DNA of 64,000 nucleotides from Nitrospinaceae bacterium (GTDB taxonomy: Bacteria > Nitrospinota > Nitrospinia > Nitrospinales > Nitrospinaceae): the NCBI GenBank assembly GCA_965223665.1, contig OZ245011.1, positions 2,752,001-2,816,000 of the forward strand, written 5' to 3'. The position numbers and the translations under genes are program-made. Shown here piece after piece: positions 1 through 10,067 of this stretch. The notes below the pieces were generated by a model. That model was given only the letters and a program-made list of their open reading frames with translations, was not told the DNA's origin and did not search any database. How positions within the stretch are numbered: position 1 is the first letter of the stretch; each line of letters opens with the position of its first letter.

Positions 1-1217
1 CCCGCCAACGCTATTGGGGAACGCCAGTTCCAATGATATTTTGTAGCCAGTGTGACATTGTTCCTGTTCCGTATGAACAATTACCTGTTGAGCTTCCGTT
101 AGATGTCCAATTGGATGAAAAAGGCCAATCCCCATTAAAAAACCTGGAGTCTTTCATTCAAGTGAATTGCCCTAAATGTAAGGGACCTGCAAAAAGAGAA
201 ACAGATACCTTGGATACATTTATTTGTTCTTCTTGGTATTTTGATCGATACACTACTCCTAAAAATTCTGAGCAACCATTTACCCAGGAAAATATTAAAT
301 ATTGGATGCCAGTGGATCAATATATTGGGGGAATAGAACATGCAATCTTACACCTTTTATACTCCCGATTTTTTCATCATGTGTTTAATGATATGCAACT
401 CGTTCATTCAAATGAGCCCTTTAAAAAGTTGTTAACCCAGGGAATGGTAATTAAAGACGGGGCAAAAATGTCCAAGTCGAAAGGAAATGTGGTAGACCCA
501 GACCATATCATAAACCAATATGGTGCGGATACCGCCAGATTATTTATTTTGTTTGCCGCTCCTCCTATTAAAGATTTAGAGTGGAGCGACCAGGGAGTCG
601 AAGGAAGTTCCAGATTTTTAAAACGTGTTTGGAGAATTTTTATAGACCATTTGGATTTCATAAAAGACGCTCCTTCTTCGGAAGAATTCAAAGAACCCAC
701 TGAAAAGGAATTGAAAGAGCTTCTTAGAATGACTCATATAACGATAAAGCGAGTCACTGAGGATATTGAAAAACGAACTCAATTTAATACTGCAATTGCA
801 GCAATTATGGAATTGGTAAACCACCTCTACACTTTTAGAGAATGGTGGGAAAACCAATCACATTCAATAGAGAGTAAAACTCTATTAAAACATTCTATAG
901 AAACCTTAATATTATTGCTTTCTCCCTTTGCACCTCATATTGCCGAAGAAATGTGGTCAATGCTTGGAAACTCCAAAACTACCAACCAGATTGATTGGCC
1001 AAGTTTTAATGAAAAGTATTTAAGTGCCGAGGAAATGTTAATTGTCGTCCAAATTAATGGCAAGGTTCGACAAAAAATAGCTTTCCCTCAGAAAATCAGT
1101 GAATACGACTTAAAATTGGAAATCCTAAAAGATTCTCGGATTCAGGAATGGATGCAAAATAAACCTGCCAAAAAAATTATTGTAGTACCCAAAAAGTTAG
1201 TCAATATTGTAGTCTGA
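1..1217 (+). CDS. leuS: Leucyl-tRNA synthetase, 3' part (5' end lies outside the window)
   Basis: Frame is open from position 3 (RQRYWGTPVP). Motifs ETDTLDTF, YIGGIEHAILHL, KMSKS and C-terminal VQINGK...KLVNIV. Confidence 0.97.
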   Translation, partial: RQRYWGTPVPMIFCSQCDIVPVPYEQLPVELPLDVQLDEKGQSPLKNLESFIQVNCPKCKGPAKRETDTLDTFICSSWYFDRYTTPKNSEQPFTQENIKYWMPVDQYIGGIEHAILHLLYSRFFHHVFNDMQLVHSNEPFKKLLTQGMVIKDGAKMSKSKGNVVDPDHIINQYGADTARLFILFAAPPIKDLEWSDQGVEGSSRFLKRVWRIFIDHLDFIKDAPSSEEFKEPTEKELKELLRMTHITIKRVTEDIEKRTQFNTAIAAIMELVNHLYTFREWWENQSHSIESKTLLKHSIETLILLLSPFAPHIAEEMWSMLGNSKTTNQIDWPSFNEKYLSAEEMLIVVQINGKVRQKIAFPQKISEYDLKLEILKDSRIQEWMQNKPAKKIIVVPKKLVNIVV

Positions 1218-1231
1218 GGCAAACAATTTAT

Positions 1232-1750
1232 ATGATCTTAAGACTTAAACTCGTAATAATTCTATTTTTAATTTTTGGTTTAAACTCCTGTGGTTATCAA
1301 TTGGCTGGAACTGGAACCGCAAAGCTTCCCGCTTATATAAAAACCATAACCATACCCGTATTCGAAAACCGATCACAAGAACCTACAATACAAAGGAATC
1401 TCACCACTGAAATTCGTAAAGCCTTCATTACGGATGGAAGATTAAAAGTAGTAAATCACCGCAAAGCAAACCTATTGATGAAGGGAGTACTCACAAAATA
1501 TTATATTCGCGCCGTTGCTTTTGATACAAGGGACGTTGCAACAGAATATTGGGTTTACTTGACGGTAGATATCAAAGTCCTGGACCAGGTCAAAAACCGC
1601 CCGCACTTAAACCAAACCCTTAATGTTCGTTGGGACTATCGACCCGGAAATGATGTAATTAATGCTGAAGCAGCCCGACAAGCCGCCTTCGATGAAGCTT
1701 ATCGAGTTTTATCCATACGATTGGTTAGTCTAGTCAATGACAAATTTTAA
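1232..1750 (+). CDS. lptE: LptE-family LPS assembly lipoprotein
   Basis: Lipobox LNSC-GY, 'IPVFENRS.EP' motif, and canonical position between leuS and holA. Confidence 0.85.
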   Translation: MILRLKLVIILFLIFGLNSCGYQLAGTGTAKLPAYIKTITIPVFENRSQEPTIQRNLTTEIRKAFITDGRLKVVNHRKANLLMKGVLTKYYIRAVAFDTRDVATEYWVYLTVDIKVLDQVKNRPHLNQTLNVRWDYRPGNDVINAEAARQAAFDEAYRVLSIRLVSLVNDKF

Positions 1751-1752
1751 CC

Positions 1753-2760
1753 ATGGCCACAAACGTAATTGACCTAATAAATAAGATAAAAAATCCGCTT
1801 CCTATATATTTCATATATGGAGAAGATCGGTTCTTGCAAACTGATTTTATTCAGTGTTTGAAACACTTACTAATTTCAGAAGAAAATCAAGATTTCAATT
1901 TTGAAACTTTTGAGGGAAAGTCTTCCTCAGTCTTGAATTGGATTGAAGCTGCGAAAATGATCTCCTTTCTGGGTGGAGACAAATTAGTGGTCGTACGTAA
2001 TATTGAAGATTCCGCTTGGAATGATTCAGGGATCAAAGATTTAATCAACTATACAAAACAACCTGTCAATGAAAGTTGCCTGGTTCTCACCGCAAATAAA
2101 GTTGATAGAAAACGAAAATTGTACAAGGAACTTTGCAAACTACCTGGTGCCGCGGAATCAAATTCTCCAAAAATTTCTTCTCTTCAAACCTGGCTACGTA
2201 ATCGATCCAAAGAACAAGGAGCAAACTTGACCCCATCCGGAATGGAAGCTTTATTAAATAGGGTAGGACCTAAACCAGGTTTATTGGCAAATGAGCTAGA
2301 AAAGGTGATTACCTTTGTAGGAAAATCCGCATCAATTGGTTCAAATGAGGTTGAAGCAGTTGTTGGAAAAATTAAAATGGAAAAGGTTTTCGCTTTAACC
2401 GATGCCATCAAAATGAATGAAGTGGGAAAAGCCTGGTTAATACTAAAAAATCAACTTAGCCATGGGGTGGAACCTCTGCAGCTATTAGGCACAATTGCAT
2501 GGCAATTTCGAATAATTTGGGAAGTAAAAGCCTGCCAGGACAATCAAATTCCAAAAAATCAAATCGCCCAAAACATTGGCGCCAATCCCTTTGTTGTGGA
2601 CCAGGCATTTTCCTATACAAGAAATTTTAGTGAGGAACGGCTCAGGAATTGTTTTAAAGAGTTGCTGAACACAGACAAGAAATTAAAAACCTCCAACCTA
2701 TCAGCAGAAGGCATATTAGAAGGCTTGATTTTAAAGTTGTGCTTAGCTGGAAGCGGATAG
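1753..2760 (+). CDS. holA: DNA polymerase III delta subunit
   Basis: IYFIYGEDRF start, NELEK and VFALTDA motifs; leuS-lptE-holA synteny. Confidence 0.93.
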   Translation: MATNVIDLINKIKNPLPIYFIYGEDRFLQTDFIQCLKHLLISEENQDFNFETFEGKSSSVLNWIEAAKMISFLGGDKLVVVRNIEDSAWNDSGIKDLINYTKQPVNESCLVLTANKVDRKRKLYKELCKLPGAAESNSPKISSLQTWLRNRSKEQGANLTPSGMEALLNRVGPKPGLLANELEKVITFVGKSASIGSNEVEAVVGKIKMEKVFALTDAIKMNEVGKAWLILKNQLSHGVEPLQLLGTIAWQFRIIWEVKACQDNQIPKNQIAQNIGANPFVVDQAFSYTRNFSEERLRNCFKELLNTDKKLKTSNLSAEGILEGLILKLCLAGSG

Positions 2761-3015
2761 TAGATGGACTTGGCGAGCTAATCCTGCAATTTTTCGAGAA
2801 GCTGACCGTTTGTGAATTACACCTTTACTTGCCACTTTACTAATTATGGTTGTGGCTTCTGCTAAAAACTTTTCAGAATTTTCTTTATTTTTTTCAGCAA
2901 CCGCGGTTAACACATTTTTAGTCGCATTTTTCATTCGTGTTCGATAGCCAGCGTTTCTATCTTTCCTTTTTTTATTCTGACGAATTCTTTTTAACGCTGA
3001 TTTATGATTTGCCAA
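2743..3015 (-). CDS. rpsT: 30S ribosomal protein S20
   Basis: ANHKSALKRIRQ and KGVIHK..ASRK motifs. Probable TTG start at 3015 preceded by GGAGG at 3021-3025. Confidence 0.96.
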   Translation of the reverse strand: MANHKSALKRIRQNKKRKDRNAGYRTRMKNATKNVLTAVAEKNKENSEKFLAEATTIISKVASKGVIHKRSASRKIAGLARQVHLLSASS

Positions 3016-3119
3016 AAAATCCTCCAAATTCAATAAATTTATTAGTCAATGGATTTTGATTGAATAGGTAGTTTTACAAGAACTTATCTAAAGGTGCAAG
3101 GAAATTTTTTCACCTTATT

Positions 3120-3503
3120 CTAGGAAGCTTTTTTCAATAAGGTCTCTATTTTTTCTAGGAGCCGAGGAAAATCAATAGGCTTTGTATCATAATCATCACA
3201 ACCTGCATTGAGGGCTTCTTCTTTTTCCTGGATCATAGCATGTGCGGAAAGCCCCAATATAGGAATAGTCTTAGCTTTTAAGGAAGACTTAATTTTCCGT
3301 GTAGCTTCCCAACCATCCAAAATTGGCAAACTCATATCCATAATTACTAAATCTGGTTGATCTGAAAGGGTTTTCTCGACACCTTCTGCCCCATCCACTG
3401 CAATTATTACCTCAAACCCTTTTTTCTTTAATCTCCTGGATAACATGTCTCGGTTGAGATCATTATCTTCAACTAACAACAATCGATAGACCATTAGATT
3501 CAC
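3120..3503 (-). CDS. Stand-alone CheY/DivK-like response regulator
   Basis: LLVEDN, PDLVIMD (phospho-acceptor Asp), DGWEAT and KP motifs; receiver domain only. Confidence 0.9.
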   Translation of the reverse strand: MNLMVYRLLLVEDNDLNRDMLSRRLKKKGFEVIIAVDGAEGVEKTLSDQPDLVIMDMSLPILDGWEATRKIKSSLKAKTIPILGLSAHAMIQEKEEALNAGCDDYDTKPIDFPRLLEKIETLLKKAS

Positions 3504-3697
3504 ACTAAATTTTCTTCATTTTATTGCTTCCCCTAAGGGAAAATTTTTGAGAGGAGCGCACGCCTGTTAAAAATAGATTAACTATTTAAATTCTTATTTT
3601 CAACTATTGGAAAACCAAAAATTTCATTGCAAAATTTTGAAAAATAAGGAAATATACATATCATCAGCGTATAAATTTTCATCCAACGCTTCCATTA

Positions 3698-3725
3698 TTG
3701 ACAAAATTTTTGACGCTTTTTTGAC
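3698..3725. promoter_or_regulatory. Three direct TTGAC repeats, possible OmpR/PhoB-type binding array
   Basis: TTGAC at 3698, 3710 and 3721 (12 and 11 nt spacing) in the divergent intergenic region. Confidence 0.3.
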
Positions 3726-4038
3726 GTAACTAGGGAAAAATTAATCATTTTTCGGATATGTGAAATTAAAAAATTAAAAATAACCAATTATTCTTTTAAG
3801 GGTAGTAAATATTTTTTCCCTATCTTTCAAGAGATAAAAAGTTACTTTTTTTTCGACTTTCTTAACTTAGTGTTACAGATTAGAAAATAATCGTAATTTC
3901 GAATAAATTTAGACTTATTTCTTTTGAAAAAATTTTTGAAAATGGTATCGTATGTAAAAAAAGAAATTCGTTTGGGGTATTTTTTGGTTATTTAAATGAC
4001 CTTTACGAGGTATATATAAATTGTTTGGAGGATAAATA

Positions 4039-7000
4039 ATGACCTTTTTGAAATTAACAAAAAATCGACATTGGACATTAATAATGTCCCTATGTTTTTT
4101 GATTTTTGGAAAAACTGCGTCAGCAGATTTAAATGACTGGGGTCCCTTCCTTCAAACTCTTACTCCAAACAGCGTTATTGTAAAATGGCGTGTTCCCGCT
4201 TCCGAGGATTTCAATAACAGTATTCATTTTGGAACCTCTCCGGGAAGTTTAACCACTATAGAAACCGACACAACAGCAGTGACCAAGTCATGCGGTTATT
4301 GTCCTGAAAGTTGGAGGGAATATGAAGTGACGCTCACCAGCTTGACTGCCGATACCCGTTATTATTATGCAGTTGGAACATCAACCACTCCTTCCACAGA
4401 ATCAAAGCATAATGGAACTTTTTTAACTCCACCAAATGCTGGAACGGCAAAGCCGACTCGAATCTGGGTTGTTGGAGATTCTGGTACCGGAGACACTCGT
4501 GCGCTAGTGGTGGGTGAACGATTTAAGAATTATACAAAAGACCGTGATCCGGATATCTGGTTGATGCTGGGAGACAATGCCTATGATGATGGTAATGACC
4601 GTAATCACCATGATGGTGTGTTTTTAATGTATCCGGAATTCTTAAGGAATGTATCGGTGTGGCCAACGTTTGGAAATCATGATGCACGAAGTGCAACGTC
4701 TGGAAATGAAACCGGGACCTATTTTGACATCTGGCAACTCCCTCGAGCGGCAGAAGCCGGTGGAGTGGCCTCGGGAACTGAGGCGTATTATTCGTTTGAT
4801 TACGGCAATATTCACTTTATTGTCTTGGATTCGTTTGGTCATCCTCGAGTAGCGCCTTCCTCAATGATCACCTGGTTGCAAAGTGATTTAGCGGCCAATG
4901 ATAAGGAATGGATCATTGCGTATTGGCACCATCCTCCTTATACCCGTGGTTCTCATAACTCTAATGCAGAGCAGATTTTAATCGAAATGCGTGAGAACAT
5001 TGTTCCTATTCTGGAAAGCAATGGAGTGGATTTAGTGTTGTCGGGTCACAGTCATTCTTATGAGCGGTCTTATTTTCTGAATGGACATTATGGAGATCAG
5101 ACGACTTTTAATCTGGGCACTCATGCCTTAGACAGTGGGAATGGTAAATCCGAACCGCTGCATATGTCAGATGGAGCATATTCTAAAACATTAAATCCAA
5201 ATGGGACCAAGGCAGGAAATGACGGCGCTGTTTATGCCGTGGCCGGAAGTTCAGGCAAAATTTCTGGAGGATTACTGAATCATCCAGCTATGTACCTTTC
5301 ATTAAACAAATTAGGTTCAATGGTATTGGATGTGTATGAGAATCGTCTGGAAGCGATCTTTATCGATTCCCTGGGTAAAATCGAAGACCAGTTTACGATT
5401 ACTCATGATTTGAATACCTTTCCTCCGGAGTTGTTTTCGGTGTATGCGCCGAATCCGTTGACATTAGAAGTACAGTTTTCGGAGCCTCTGGAAAAAGTGA
5501 GTGCCGAGAATGCAGGAAACTATGTATTAGATAATGGAGCCACCATTACGGCTGCAGAACTGTTGGATGATTATCGAACCGTGAGGTTACTGACTTCAGA
5601 ATTGAGTAACACAACGACGTACAACCTTACAGTGACCAACGTTCAGGATCATGAAAGTAATACAGCGATCCCGGCACCGGGAAGTCAGTTCAGTTTTACT
5701 CCGAGTTTTGTAGATCCACCTGTGTATTCAGCACACTTTCAGGATGGGACGTACCCTCACTCCGGATACAACGGAACCCGGGATACTTATATTTTTGAAG
5801 GGGCACCGGATACGAATTACGGAACCAAAGCAGAACTGATTGCACATGGACCTTTTGAAAATACGATAGAAGGTGACGCTCTGGTGTTGGTGTCCTGGGA
5901 TTTATCATCGATTCCATCGAATGCGACGATTCAATCGGCGACGGTTTATTTTGACCTGTATAATAGAAGTGAGACGTCTTATCATCTGCACCAGATTTTA
6001 ACAACCTGGACGGAAATCGGAGCGACCTGGAATTCATTAGGTGGAACCACAAATGTAAGCGGTACGATCATGGGAACCATCACACCCCAGAAGTTTGCAA
6101 TGAACACGATTCCATTGAATGCAGCTGGGATTAGTGTAGTTCAGGGTTGGGTGGACGGAACCATTACCAATAATGGATTGGCAGTGCAGAATGGTGGTCC
6201 AGGCGAACATACCAAATGGTGGAACGCAATTCGGTTTTTTTCCAGGCAAACGGACACACGTCCGCGGTTGTCTGTGACTTATACCTTGCCAACCGGTGCA
6301 GACAGTATTGCACCGTCAATCATTGCTCCACCGGATGTAGTGGTGGATTCTACCGGGGATCAAACTTCTGTGACTTTAGGGTCTGCGGTTGCGGTGGATG
6401 ATAATGGATCTCCAACAGTCACTAATGATGCGCCAGCAGGTGGGTTTCCTTTGGGAATGACTATAGTAACCTGGACGGCGACAGACGCTGCTGGTAATAC
6501 CGGAACGGACACACAAAAAGTAACTGTCAAAGTTCCGGAAAGCCTTTTGACACACACGATAAGTTTTCAAAACGGTGTAGAACCAAGTGCCTTTTATTTT
6601 GGAACTGAGGATTCTTCCTTAAGGGAATCATCCCCTCATAAAAATGAAGGGAATGACACCGAGCTATGGGGTGACGGAAACGCCCCTGACCCTGAAACCG
6701 GTCAATATGGTGAAGTAACATTTGTAACCAAATGGGATGTATCGGCTATTCCTTCAGACGCGGTTGTTACAGCAGTTGATGTTTCATATAACGTGTTTAA
6801 TGACTCTCCGGTGAATCATAACATATATGCGGTTGAAGCAGATTGGACGGAACCGGAAGTTACCTGGGAAATTATCAGCCATTCTACTACTGTGGGAAAT
6901 ACCATTTTAGGAGCCATTCCCCCCTTTACTTTTAATGAAAACATTGTCACTTTAAATCAAGCCGGGATAGATCTTGTGCAGGGCTGGATAAATGGCACCA

Positions 7001-9996
7001 TCCCCAACTATGGTTTTTATATCCAATCCTCAGGTAGTAATAACGGAATGGGTGTGCATTCCAGTGAGGCAACCACTGCAACTACCAGGCCTAAAATTAC
7101 AATTTCATATGTAATCCCAAATGGTGCAGATGTAATACCTCCAGTAGTAACAGCGCCACCTGATATTACAACTACAGATACCACACCTGATATAGGAACT
7201 GGAACCGCAATTGATAATGTAGATGGACCGTTGACCCCCACGAATGATTCCCCTGGGACGTTTCCGCTGGGAACCACGATAGTGACCTGGAGCGCTACGG
7301 ACGCAGCAGGGAATACTGGAACGGACACCCAATCGGTCACAGTTCAGGAAGCCCCTGGTGGTCCGGTAACGGTGAGTTTTCAGGAAGGAGTGTTACCGGA
7401 TGCGGGCTATGCAGGAACACAGGATAGTTTGTTAAGACAAACGTCTCCGGATCAAAATTTCGGAACCGATGTGCAACTGTTGTCTGATGCGGTTGCTCCG
7501 GATCCGAGTAACGGTTTATTTGGGGAAGTGATGTCGGTGGTGTCCTGGGATTTAACCTCAGTTCCTAATACGGCTGTGGTGTCCTCCGCCAGCATAACGA
7601 TGGATTTCTTTGATGCGAGTTCAGGTCCGTATAATTTCCTGCAGGCGTTGACCCCGTGGAATGAGGGAACCGTAACGTGGAACAGTTTTGGGGGTGGGTC
7701 TGCGAATGTGGGCACCGATATTATAGCCACGATTCCTGGATTTTCCTTCAATGAAACCGAGGTGAATTTAACGGCCGAGGGTCTGAGTTTAGTTCAGGGT
7801 TGGATTGATGGAAGTATTGCCAATAATGGATTGGTTCTGAAAACCGGTGGAAGCAATAATGGAGTTGGAGCGAATTCGAGTGAAGCGACCACGAATCGAC
7901 CTAAGATCACGATCACTTATTCGATACCTACCGGTGGTGATACGGAACCCCCTGTGGTGACAGCCCCGGCAGATATTGTGACGGTGTCTACAGGAGATCT
8001 GACTCCGGTGAGTTTAGGTACCGGTACCGCGAACGATAATGTGGATGGTCCATTAGTGCCGACCAATGATGCCCCGGCAGGCGGATTCCCGGTGGGTACA
8101 ACGGTTGTGACCTGGTCAGCTACAGACTCTTCAGGGAATACGGGTACAGATACGCAAAATGTAACGGTACAAATACCGGTATCTGGAGGAGTGGAAGCGG
8201 TGAGTTTCCAGGAGGGAGTGGAACCGAACCCGGCTTATGTGGGAGTGCAGGACAGTTATTTAAGACAGACCTCTCCGGATCAAAATGTGGGAACGGATGT
8301 GCAACTGTTGTCTGATGCAGTTGCTCCAGATCCGAGTAACGGTTTGTTTGGAGAAGTGATGACTGTAGTGAATTGGGATGTGTCGGGAATCCCAACGAAT
8401 GCGACGGTACAATCGGTGAGCATAACGATGGATTTCTTTGATGCGAGTTCAGGTCCGTATAATTTCCTGCAGGCGTTGACCCCGTGGAATGAGGGAACGG
8501 TAACCTGGAACAGTTTTGGGGGTGGGTCTGCGAATGTGGGCACCGATATTATAGCCACGATTCCTGGATTTTCCTTCGATGAAACCGAGGTCAACTTAAC
8601 GGCGCAGGGAATCAGTCTGGTTCAGGGTTGGATTGATGGCAGTATTCCTAATAACGGATTGGTTCTTAAAACTTCAGGCACTAACAACGGCGTCGGGGCT
8701 AACTCCAGTGAGGCAACCACTAACAGACCTAAACTTAATATTACTTTCTCAACACCAAGTGGTGGAGGAGATACGATTCCTCCAGTAGTAACTGCACCGG
8801 CGGATATTACAACCACAGACACAACACCCAACCTGGGAACCGGAACGGCCGTTGATAATGTGGATGGGACTTTAGTTCCAACGAATAATGCGCCGGCAGT
8901 CTTTCCATTAGGGACAACGATTGTAACCTGGAGCGCTACCGACTCTTCTGGAAATACCGGAACTGATAATCAATCGGTCACCATTACAGATCCGACATCC
9001 ACGGATACCACACCTCCTGTAGTGACCGCTCCGGCCGATATCACAACAGAAGCCACCGGGCCGACCACCAGCGTTTCTTTAGGCACCGGCACTGCCAATG
9101 ATAATGTCGATGGGCCTATAACTCCGACTAATGATGCACCTTCCGGGGGATTCCCTGTGGGGACCACCATAGTCACCTGGAGTGCTACGGATACCGCTGG
9201 TAATACAGGAACGGATACCCAATCCGTCACTATTACAGATACCACTGCACCAACAGTAACTGCACCAGCGGATATTACCACTACAGACACAACACCCAAT
9301 CTGGGAGCCGGAACGGCCAGTGATTTAGTAGATGGATCGATCACGCCAACGAATAATGCTCCGGGAACATTTCCAATTGGAACGACGATTGTTACATGGA
9401 GCGCCACGGATACCGCCGGCAACACTGGTACAGACACACAAAGTGTTACGGTGCAGTCTGGAGGTTCTACCACAGTGAACTTAACAAGTTCTAATGATAC
9501 TTTTATCCGGGAATACCAACCTTTCGATGTTAATGGTTTGATGACAACTCTGGAAGTGGATGCAGATCAATTAAACCCGCCCTCTGGTTTCAATGATGAG
9601 ATCTTCGCAGTGCTTGCCTGGAATGTTTCATCGATCCCGAGCACAGCCAATGTGCAATCAGTGACGATAACTTTTAATGTGACTAATACCAGTTCAGGAA
9701 CCTATGAGCTATTCCAAACATTGACTGCCTGGTCAGAGACCACAGCTAATTGGTATACTTTTTTACCACTTTCCACCTCTCTGGGAAGCAGTGTTCTGGG
9801 AACCTTTAATCCTACAGCAGGATCCAATGTGATCACTCTCAATGCTTCCGGAATTAATTTAGTTCAAGGTTGGATCAATGGTTCAATAACTAATAATGGA
9901 ATTGCCGTTCGTAGTGGAGGCACAACTGATAATACAATTTTTAATTCAAAAGAAGCGGCTTCTAACAAACCTCAAATTTCCATTACCTATAACTAG
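4039..9996 (+). CDS. Large secreted purple-acid-phosphatase-type metallophosphoesterase with an Ig-like domain, 5 DNRLRE-like and 6 HYR-like domains
   Basis: RBS GGAGG and signal peptide ending ASA. FN3-like PAP N-terminus (GPFLQ..TPNSV.VKW). Metal motifs GDSG, GDNAY, GNHD, YWHH, GHSH. Repeated D[ST].[IL]....P..N.G...W....P.[LI]...[YF] modules and TW[ST]ATD..GN modules. Confidence 0.88.
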   Translation: MTFLKLTKNRHWTLIMSLCFLIFGKTASADLNDWGPFLQTLTPNSVIVKWRVPASEDFNNSIHFGTSPGSLTTIETDTTAVTKSCGYCPESWREYEVTLTSLTADTRYYYAVGTSTTPSTESKHNGTFLTPPNAGTAKPTRIWVVGDSGTGDTRALVVGERFKNYTKDRDPDIWLMLGDNAYDDGNDRNHHDGVFLMYPEFLRNVSVWPTFGNHDARSATSGNETGTYFDIWQLPRAAEAGGVASGTEAYYSFDYGNIHFIVLDSFGHPRVAPSSMITWLQSDLAANDKEWIIAYWHHPPYTRGSHNSNAEQILIEMRENIVPILESNGVDLVLSGHSHSYERSYFLNGHYGDQTTFNLGTHALDSGNGKSEPLHMSDGAYSKTLNPNGTKAGNDGAVYAVAGSSGKISGGLLNHPAMYLSLNKLGSMVLDVYENRLEAIFIDSLGKIEDQFTITHDLNTFPPELFSVYAPNPLTLEVQFSEPLEKVSAENAGNYVLDNGATITAAELLDDYRTVRLLTSELSNTTTYNLTVTNVQDHESNTAIPAPGSQFSFTPSFVDPPVYSAHFQDGTYPHSGYNGTRDTYIFEGAPDTNYGTKAELIAHGPFENTIEGDALVLVSWDLSSIPSNATIQSATVYFDLYNRSETSYHLHQILTTWTEIGATWNSLGGTTNVSGTIMGTITPQKFAMNTIPLNAAGISVVQGWVDGTITNNGLAVQNGGPGEHTKWWNAIRFFSRQTDTRPRLSVTYTLPTGADSIAPSIIAPPDVVVDSTGDQTSVTLGSAVAVDDNGSPTVTNDAPAGGFPLGMTIVTWTATDAAGNTGTDTQKVTVKVPESLLTHTISFQNGVEPSAFYFGTEDSSLRESSPHKNEGNDTELWGDGNAPDPETGQYGEVTFVTKWDVSAIPSDAVVTAVDVSYNVFNDSPVNHNIYAVEADWTEPEVTWEIISHSTTVGNTILGAIPPFTFNENIVTLNQAGIDLVQGWINGTIPNYGFYIQSSGSNNGMGVHSSEATTATTRPKITISYVIPNGADVIPPVVTAPPDITTTDTTPDIGTGTAIDNVDGPLTPTNDSPGTFPLGTTIVTWSATDAAGNTGTDTQSVTVQEAPGGPVTVSFQEGVLPDAGYAGTQDSLLRQTSPDQNFGTDVQLLSDAVAPDPSNGLFGEVMSVVSWDLTSVPNTAVVSSASITMDFFDASSGPYNFLQALTPWNEGTVTWNSFGGGSANVGTDIIATIPGFSFNETEVNLTAEGLSLVQGWIDGSIANNGLVLKTGGSNNGVGANSSEATTNRPKITITYSIPTGGDTEPPVVTAPADIVTVSTGDLTPVSLGTGTANDNVDGPLVPTNDAPAGGFPVGTTVVTWSATDSSGNTGTDTQNVTVQIPVSGGVEAVSFQEGVEPNPAYVGVQDSYLRQTSPDQNVGTDVQLLSDAVAPDPSNGLFGEVMTVVNWDVSGIPTNATVQSVSITMDFFDASSGPYNFLQALTPWNEGTVTWNSFGGGSANVGTDIIATIPGFSFDETEVNLTAQGISLVQGWIDGSIPNNGLVLKTSGTNNGVGANSSEATTNRPKLNITFSTPSGGGDTIPPVVTAPADITTTDTTPNLGTGTAVDNVDGTLVPTNNAPAVFPLGTTIVTWSATDSSGNTGTDNQSVTITDPTSTDTTPPVVTAPADITTEATGPTTSVSLGTGTANDNVDGPITPTNDAPSGGFPVGTTIVTWSATDTAGNTGTDTQSVTITDTTAPTVTAPADITTTDTTPNLGAGTASDLVDGSITPTNNAPGTFPIGTTIVTWSATDTAGNTGTDTQSVTVQSGGSTTVNLTSSNDTFIREYQPFDVNGLMTTLEVDADQLNPPSGFNDEIFAVLAWNVSSIPSTANVQSVTITFNVTNTSSGTYELFQTLTAWSETTANWYTFLPLSTSLGSSVLGTFNPTAGSNVITLNASGINLVQGWINGSITNNGIAVRSGGTTDNTIFNSKEAASNKPQISITYN
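7591..7763 (+). repeat. Near-identical intragenic direct repeat, copy 1
   Basis: Matches 8419-8591 (offset 828 nt) with 3 mismatches seen by eye. Confidence 0.9.
8419..8591 (+). repeat. Near-identical intragenic direct repeat, copy 2
   Basis: Matches 7591-7763. Confidence 0.9.
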
Positions 9997-10067
9997 TCTT
10001 AAATATAAATAGGTAATCAAAAAATTTTGGTTTGTTAATTTTTTAAACTGTTTCGTAAAGGAATGGA

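Noticed and set aside
7591-8591. Near-identical repeat pair as a diversity-generating retroelement TR/VR
   Set aside because: Mismatches are C/G, G/C and A/G rather than adenine-specific, both copies are mid-gene and in frame, and no reverse transcriptase is in the window.
4642-9473. Multiple minus-strand ORFs within the giant gene, some similar to each other
   Set aside because: Antisense shadows of a repetitive, relatively GC-rich coding sequence with no independent protein motifs.
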